Source: the human T2T-CHM13v2.0 reference genome, Homo sapiens. From it: a stretch of DNA of 64,000 nt. Location of the stretch: NCBI RefSeq assembly GCF_009914755.1, contig NC_060933.1. One strand, written 5' to 3'. Below, piece after piece: positions 56,475-64,000 of this stretch. Position 1 is the stretch's first letter. Every line of letters begins with the position of its first letter. Under the pieces are notes generated by a model that saw only the letters and a program-made list of their open reading frames with translations, did no database searches and had not been told where the DNA came from. Made by a program: the position numbers and the translations under genes.

Positions 56475-56787
56475 TTTTTTTTTCTTTTGTTTTGCTTTTT
56501 GAGACGGAGTCTTGCTCGGTCTCCCAGGCTGGAGTGCAGTGGCGTGATCTCGGCTCACTCACTGCAAGCTCCGCCTCCCGGGTTCACGCCATTCTCCTGC
56601 CTCAGCCTCCCGAGTAGCTGGGACTACAGGCGCCCGCCATGACTCCCGGCTAATTTTTTTTGTATTTTTCATAAAGGCAGGGTTTCACCGTGTTAGCCAG
56701 AATGGTCTCAATCTCCTGACCTCATGCTCTGCCCACCTCGGCCTCCCAGAGTGCTGGGATTACAGGCGTGAACCACCGCGCCCGGCC
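56475..56787 (-). mobile_element. AluY
   Basis: gcaagctccgcctcccgggttcacgccattc; many intact CpGs; TSD aaccattttt. Confidence 0.97.
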
Positions 56788-57210
56788 AACCATTTTTAAA
56801 ATAACAGAAAATTGACTCATCTTCATTCCAGAAAGAGCTCACCGAAATCTCATCAGTTGGTGCATCAACTGGTTCAAAGACAAGATCTCCAAGTGAAGCA
56901 AATTCCCCTTCATGTTTTGTCACTAATCTGTTTCCATATCCCACAACCATATAAACAAAAAAAGGCTCACCACCACAGAAGTCCCCTACTTCATAAATAA
57001 GCAAAATAAAAGGAAACTAAAAGTGAAATTAGTTAAAAGGAAGAAAGGCATGACTCAGCATGGAAAGAAAGCTACGTAGAGGCTGTAGTCTTCATTTCTA
57101 CACTGTTCACAGAGGTGTAATTAATATTTTATACTTCTCTTTCCCACTAGCATTTCACATTTCCTTTGCTTTCAGCTAACACCAGTTTTAGAATTTTTGA
57201 CCTGGTAGTG

Positions 57211-57693
57211 TGTATTAATTTTCTGTTGCTGCTATAACAAATTACTACAAATTTAGTGGTTGAAAACAACACAATGGTATTACTTCATAATTCTAGAGGT
57301 CGTAAGTCTGAAATATGTATTACTGGGATAAAATCAAGCTGTTTGCAGGCCTGAATTTCTTTGGAAAGCAGTAGGAGATAATCCATTTCCTTGTGATTTC
57401 CATATTCTAGAGGATTCCTGAATTCATTGGCCTGTGATCCCTTTCCTCAACTTTAAAGGCAGCTGCATAACATCTTCAAATCTAACCCTAACTCTGACCT
57501 TCCTTCCTCCCACTTATCAAGGCCTGTGTGATTACATTAGAAATACCTGGTCAATCCAGGATACTTTTCCATTTCAAGATCCTTACATCGATCACAACTG
57601 AAGTTCTCTTTCGCCGTGTAAGATAACGTAATCACCCAGGTTCTGCAAATTCGAATGTGGACATCTCCGGGTGTCATTATTCTGCCTACCATA
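57211..57693 (-). mobile_element. MLT1C/D-like MaLR LTR within older ERVL/MaLR-like sequence
   Basis: tgtattaattttctgttgctgctataacaaattac...attattctgcctaccata. Confidence 0.82.
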
Positions 57694-58700
57694 TGGTTAT
57701 GCCAAATCTTAATTCCTGTGTGACCTCAGAACTTTTTGTCCCTATAATTTAAAATAGCGTTAGTAAAGCAAAAATATAAAATGTAAAAAAAAAAAAAAAA
57801 AAAAAAAAAGGGAAAAAGGAAGCTGATTGCCTTGGTGAGTCAACACTGGGTATTTTCTGACCACTATTTGAAACAAAAAAGGAAACCACTGATATTCTAT
57901 GCAAAGATCTGTTCCTGGAAGCCACTCTGAGGAGACACCAGGAGAACTTTTATCAATCCTTCATTGATTTGAAGTAAAAGTGCTAAAGCAATGGTTGTGG
58001 GTGGCAACCCATTAGCAGATCACAAAATCACTGTAGTGGGTAACTAAACAAGAGGAAACACAAGATGGCATCCTGTGTAACTGGGGTTAAGCATTACTCT
58101 CTGAAACTCATGGCATCAGTTTCCTCTTAGGCTCTTCCAACAGAGTATAATCATGTTCATTTCAGTTTACAATCCTTGCAGTCCCATCGATTTGTGAGAT
58201 TATACCCAGGTCATCCACAGTGGAGGTCTGAAAATGTTCTTAGTTGTACTCTAATTTCACTAACTGCCAAAAGGTTTTCCAGAATAATCTCAGTTGCTTC
58301 ATTCCTTTAAAGGTGAAGCCCAAAGAACGCATGGCGATTACTTTAGAGGAACAATTAGCAGCAGAGGCAGGGCTGTGCTGATCCCATCTGGCATCGCTGG
58401 GAGCTAACACACATTAAAGACATGGCACTTTGGGTCCGGGTCCAGGTCCTGGTTCAGAGCAGCTGCCACACCGTGGCTACTAGAGGATCCTTTTCCGGCT
58501 TTGGAAACTGAGGCTGACTGCACCATTTACAGAAATTTCATCATGAAGATCCTTACACTTAACACCTTAAGGTGATGAGTTTTCACATGACTGTTTTCAA
58601 GGCCACAGCCAACACCTTTAATCATCATCACTAAAGGCCTGAGACTGCTCTCCGTGCTCAACACCGACGGGAGCGGCCATGTCTTCCAGCCACACGGCAG

Positions 58701-58930
58701 GCTGGAGTGAAGTGGTACAATCTTGGCTCACTGCAACCTCCACCTCCCGGGCTCAAGCAATTCTCCTGGCTCAGCCTCCTGAGTGCTGGGACTACAGGCG
58801 CGTACCTTCTTTAGTAGAGACTGGGTTTCACCATGTTGGCCAGGATGGTCTCTATCTCCTGACCTTGTGATCTGCCTGCCTCAGCTTCCCAAAGTGCTGA
58901 GATGACAGGCGTGAGCCATCAGACCCAGCA
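58701..58930 (-). mobile_element. Antisense Alu lacking its tail end, inside the retrocopy
   Basis: Begins abruptly at ggcag|gctggagtg. Confidence 0.92.
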
Positions 58931-58974
58931 TTTTTTTTTAATTTAAATTTAAATTTTTTTCATTTTTTTGAAAG

Positions 58975-59291
58975 GTTTTTTTGTTTTTTTTTTGTTGTTG
59001 TTGTTGTTGTTGTTTTTGAGACAGTCTTGCTCTGTCACCCAGGCTGGTAGTGCAGTGGCATGATCTCTGCAACCTCTACCTCCCAGGTTCAAGCAATTCT
59101 TGTGCCGCAGCCTCCCAAGTAACTGGGACTACAGGTGCACGCTACCACACCTGGCTGATTTTTTATGTTTTAGTAGAGACAGGGTTTCAACCATGTTGCC
59201 CAGGTTGGTCTCAAACTCCTGAGCTCAGGCAATCCACCCGCCTTGGCCTCCCAAAGTGCTAGGATTACAGGTGTGAGCCACCACACCCAGC
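58975..59291 (-). mobile_element. Antisense Alu with (TTG)n tail inside the retrocopy, followed by a short Alu-left-arm fragment (~59341-59420)
   Basis: ttttgagacagtcttgctctgtcacccagg...ccacacccagc. Confidence 0.93.
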
Positions 59292-59445
59292 TATTTTTTC
59301 TTTCGTTTTTTAATTTTAAAGTTGGCGGCGGGTGGGGGGGGGGTCTCAATTTGTTACCCTGGCTGGTCTCGAACTCCCGGACTTAAGTGATCCTCTGGCT
59401 CCAAGCCCACTACCAGTCTCAGGTTTCTTTACTAAAAGATCACTA

Positions 59446-59573
59446 CTTTTTTTTCTCTTATCTGCTGCCATGTGAGATGTGGCTTTCACCTTCCTCCATG
59501 ATTGTGAGGCCTTCCCAGCCACGTGGAACTGTAAGTCCAATAAACCTCTTTTGTAAATTAAAAAAAAAAAAAA
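59446..59573 (+). mobile_element. Polyadenylated THE1 LTR fragment with TSD
   Basis: ccatgattgtgaggccttcccagccacgtggaactgtaagtccAATAAAcc...gtaaatt(A)14; flanks aaaagatcacta / aaaaaatcacta. Confidence 0.85.
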
Positions 59574-60789
59574 TCACTATTTAAATACTAGGATGGATTG
59601 TGACTGTTGAGGAGTACTTACATATCCTACATTTGACTACAATCCTTCCAAACCAAGTATTCTATCCAAAGGAACATACTGCTATCATGGAGACCAAGGA
59701 GGGACTGTTTAAGGTTGCCAAGGTGAAGCGAGCTGAAAGGCTTTGTCCTCGTGCCAGCAACTCTGAAATCTCTCTTAATTCCTGCTGTCCAGGCAGCAGA
59801 ATGCCATGGTTTCCCCAAGTAGGTAGCTGCTTTAGCAATTAAAGCCCAAATGTCTGTTCTGTTGATCAGAGGTCTCTGAATTTCTGAAATGGTGTTTCGT
59901 TTCTGGTGACTGAGTTAATCCTTTACAATCCCTCTTGTAAAGTGTGCTAATAGAAAGAATCCACCTTTCAAAGCTGCAGAACCAGACCGTGCCCTAAATT
60001 GACCAACGTAACTGATGTGCCTCGGGAAGTCTCTTGCCAGCTGTCCCTGTGAAGACCCCCCTCCTCCCCGCCAGCTGCTGCCTTGCACACTGAAGCATCT
60101 CAGACTGCAAAGCCATGTAGTCATCAAGTCAGTAAATCCCAGGGCTTGGTTAAGTGCTGTGTGATAACTTGTTTGGATGAGACTTAACTTAAAACCACTT
60201 ACAATAAAATTGGGAAACTACCGTCAAAAAAAAAAAATAGCGTTAGTAGTTTCTATCAGCATTTTACCCCTGGCTGTTGTAGAAATAGGAGATTGAAACC
60301 TTGGAATGATCTGCTTTGTTCCATCCATGCTCTTTCCTAGGCCTCTGTATAGCCTGGCCACATAAAAAGCTTAATATGTAGAAAAAAAATCTCCAATTCA
60401 GAAGAAATCATTTTTGTATCCCCTGGTGGAATCATTTATCCATTTTGTCCAAATGAATAAATTAAAAACTGTTGGCTGGAAATTTCTTATGTATGGACGA
60501 TTGGGTTTGATAGAAACAGATGTCATCCCAGTGTTCTACACCAAGATTCCCAGGCATGAGTATTCTGGCTAATGGAGAAACAAACCACATATTAATAGCT
60601 GAATAAGGGCATATATCTTATCACTGATATAACCCTATTCTTGCAAATTGCTGTAAGACATTCAGCTGTAATTGAAACCAGGCAAGCTTTGCAGTGGCAA
60701 TATCCATATTGTTGATCCTATACTAGCTTTCCGTCAAAATAGCTCCTTTTTGTAATGACAAGCACAGATATGGTGAATTAAAAAAGGTT

Positions 60790-61315
60790 GTGGCAGGACT
60801 ACTACTTTCCAAAAGTATTTCACAAAAGTAAATATACATTTGCTTTCTCTTCTTTAGTCCAAATTTTATTCAGAGCAGAAATGTGCCTAGCCAAAAGGCT
60901 GTACTTCTTTGTCCTTCATCCAGGTGTGACCACATGGCAAGAGCTGGTCACTGAGACAAAAATAAAAGTGTTGTGAAAGATTTCCAAGACATCTGTGGAA
61001 AGTAAGCTGGCTTAGCTGATAAGAGGATCCTTTTGCAGTCAAGCTTTTCCCCATTTCTGTTTCTTGGCATTCAGAAATGATGGCTGGAGCTCCAGCAATA
61101 TTCTGGACCATCAGTTGACCTCGAAAGTGGAAAGAATGTTAATCAGATAATAGAAAGAAACTAGTTCACTCATGAACATGAAGCTATACCATAACAGCCA
61201 TAGACTACATTGCAAGGTGTTTTCTGTTAGAGAAAAAAAAAATGTATTTTTTAAGTTGCTGTTTTATTTTTCTCATTGTATGTTTTATGTAGCAAAACCT
61301 AGTTTTAACTAATTA
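60790..61315 (+). mobile_element. Old MLT1-like LTR
   Basis: tgtggcag start; tgatggctggagctccagcaata; end ...ttttaagttgctgtttt...taactaat. Confidence 0.55.
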
Positions 61316-62577
61316 AGAGATTACTGATATTCATATGAACAGGTGTTTTTTTCCCATCTGCCATTAAGAACTTCCCCCATCGTGGGCTATTTCGTGAATA
61401 TATATATGAGGCATATATGTTACAATTTTTCTGAGGTCCATCTATACACTTCTTAAAACATATTTATCACCATTATTCCAGTCTTGTTCCTCTCAGATAT
61501 CTGATCATAATACTAAAGACTTGTCCATTGCTCATGCATTCCTAAAGATTCTTATCTCAAACCATTTCATCCTCCTGGAAAAGGGGCGATAAGCTGTACT
61601 TCTTATTTTTCTTAATAAGAGGACTTTCCTGTAGGTGTTCAGGACGCTTCTTAATGGGGTGTTAATGGCACAGCAATAAACTTTTGGCTGTCAATATCAG
61701 TAAAGGTGATATATATATTTGTAAGTCAGACTCATATTTTCTACCTCATTCAATTATTCTTAAGATGCTTTACATAAATTCCTAAGGGTGAGTTCAGGAC
61801 ACAGAAGTGAAACCAAAGTATTGGGGATGTGAGAACCTTTATTTGCAAATAATTTGTGCTTTCAGGATATTCTTGGGTCTGAATTCTTATAAAGTGTATT
61901 CACTTGATGATATAGTGCAGCAGGACACACCTGCCTCTAAGGCTAAGTGTAAAGATATTATCCAATAGGATCTAGTAACCTAGTAACAGATGAAGGGCCC
62001 TTCTTAAAAGAAGTACTGCTTCTTAAAAAGGGAATAACAAATGAAAGAAAGAAACCAGAGCTGTTAAAATGATTACTCCGTTAGGTCTTGCCATGGTTTA
62101 ATTACAGAAATTCTGAGCAGCATTAGATCCACTGCATCACAAGGCTGATTATCAAATTGCTCCAACTGAAATCTAAAGGTTAGGTAAAGGACTTACATGT
62201 AAAACACTTTCAACAACAACTAAGTGAATTGGAGTAGCACACTCAAATGTAATTTGAATTACATTGAAAATTTTATTAACATCTTAGTGAAGTTGGTTCT
62301 ATGATACACCTGTCTATATGTTTAAAGGGAATGTCTCAATATGGGACAAATCACTGGGCTTGTTGGTGTGGGGTCTTTGTCACACATTCTTGAATAACAA
62401 TTTTTCTTAACAAAATCAGTAATGGAAGTATGCTCTACTTCCTGTTTTTCCAAATTTTTTAAAACTACATGGTGGTTTAAAATAGGAAATACCATGATGA
62501 GCTTCTGACATTGCCAGGTGATAACAGAATGCTTTTTATGTTTGCTGCTTATTGTAGGGGGTTAAAAAAATATCTTT

Positions 62578-64000
62578 TGTGTTAGTCTGTCCTTGCACTG
62601 CTATAGAGAACTATGTGAAACTGGGTTTTTGTGAACCCAGTAATTTATGAAGAAAATAAGTTTAATTGACTCATAGTTCACAGGCTTTACAAGAAGCATG
62701 ACTGGAAGGCCTCAGGAAACTTAAAATAATGGCAGAGGGCAAAGGGGAAGCAAGCATGTCTTACTATGGTGGAGCAGGGGAGACAGAGAGAAGGGGGAAG
62801 TGCCACACACGTTTAAACCATCAGATATCATGGGAACTCACTCACAATCATAAGAACGGCAAGGAGGAAATCTGCCCCCACTATCCAGTCAACTCCCACT
62901 AGACCTCTCCTTCAATTCCACATGAGATTTGGGCGGGGACATAAATCCAAACCATATCATTCTGTCCCAGGTCCCTCTGAAATCTCATGTCCTTCTCACA
63001 TTGCAAAATACAATTATCCCTTTTCAACAGTCCTCCCATCTTAACTCATTCAGCATTAACTCAAAAGTTCACAATCCAATGTCTCATCTGAGAAAACATA
63101 AGTCCCTTCTGCGTATGAGTCTGTAAAATCAAAAACAAATGAGTTATTTTTAAAATACAATGGAGGCACAGGCACTGAGTAAATGCTTCAATTCCAAATG
63201 GTAGAAATGGATAAAACAAAGCAGCTACAGCCCCCATTCAAGTCCAAAACCCAGCAGATCAGTCGTTACATCTTAAAGCTCCAAAATAATCTCCTTTGAC
63301 TCCATACATCACATCCAGTGCATGCTGAAACTAGAGGTGGGCTCCCAAGACCTTAGACAGCTCTGCCTCTGTAGCACTGTAGGGTACAGCCCCCAGGACT
63401 GCTCTCACAGACTGGCATTGAGTGTCTGCAGCCTTTCCAAGCACACGGTGCAACCTGTTGGTAAATCTACCATTCTGGGGTTTGGAAAATGGTGGCCCTC
63501 TTCTCACAGCTCCACTAGGCAGTGCCCCAGTGGGGACTCTGTGTGGGGGTTCCAACCCCATATTTTTCCTCCATGCTGTCCTAGCAGAGGTTCTCCATGA
63601 TGGCTCTGCTCATGCAGCAGACTTCTGCCTGGACATCCAGCTGTTTCCATACATCCTCTGAAATCTAGGCAGAGGTTCCTAAACCTCAATTCTTGCATTC
63701 TACATGCCCAAAGGCCCAATATCAAATAGAAGCCACCAAGGCTTGGGGTTTGCACCATCTGAAAGAACAGCCTGAGGTGTACCTCAATCCCTTTTAGCCA
63801 CAGCTGGAGCTGGAGTAGCTGGGACACAAGGTGCCATCCCCCTAGGCTACACAGAGCAGCAGGGCCCCAGGCCCAGCCCATGAAACCATTTTCTTCCCTA
63901 GGCCTCCAGACCTATAATGGGAGGGGCTGGCCATGAAGGTGTCTGACATGCCCTGGAGATGTTTTTCCACATTATCTTGGCTATTAACATTCAGTTCCTT
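62578..64000 (-). mobile_element. MSTA/THE1D MaLR provirus: 3' LTR 62578-62959 plus internal region running off the window
   Basis: tgtgttagtc...aaaccatatca then ttctgtcccagg... internal sequence homologous (antisense) to the THE1A internal region. Confidence 0.9.

Larger units (their letters stand above)
57766..60233 (+). pseudogene. L1-retroposed copy of a polyadenylated RNA (3'UTR/lncRNA-like, 5'-truncated; parent not identified)
   Basis: Perfect TSD aaaatagcgttagta (57751-57765, 60234-60248); TT/AAAA target; AATAAA 60203-60208 then poly-A from 60226. Confidence 0.9.

Noticed and set aside
57766-60233. Assigning a parent gene symbol to the retrocopy
   Set aside because: No coding sequence present and I do not reliably recognise the UTR.

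Overview
AT-rich primate (human-like) genomic DNA, almost entirely transposable-element relics; I found no supportable host protein-coding exon, RNA gene or prokaryote-type system. It holds several old and young L1s (two 5'-inverted), about ten Alus, a full-length THE1A provirus, a solo LTR12C, other ERV1/ERVL/MaLR LTRs, Tigger1, MER1 and MER20/Charlie remnants, and a 2.5-kb L1-retroposed non-coding RNA copy with a perfect 15-bp TSD (57766-60233). The ORF-track ORFs are TE remnants or chance frames. Repeat family names come from my recall of consensus sequences, not a RepeatMasker run. The best signals are rearrangement fossils: a four-part templated mosaic (21983-22388) copied partly from 26147-26267, which also implies a microinversion; an orphan 76-bp insert in an L1 ORF2 (9532-9607); a pre-miRNA-like fold-back hairpin in a MER20 (25147-25219); and a polyadenylated THE1 LTR fragment with its own TSD inside the retrocopy. 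These are unusual local events; I cannot support a new biological system.
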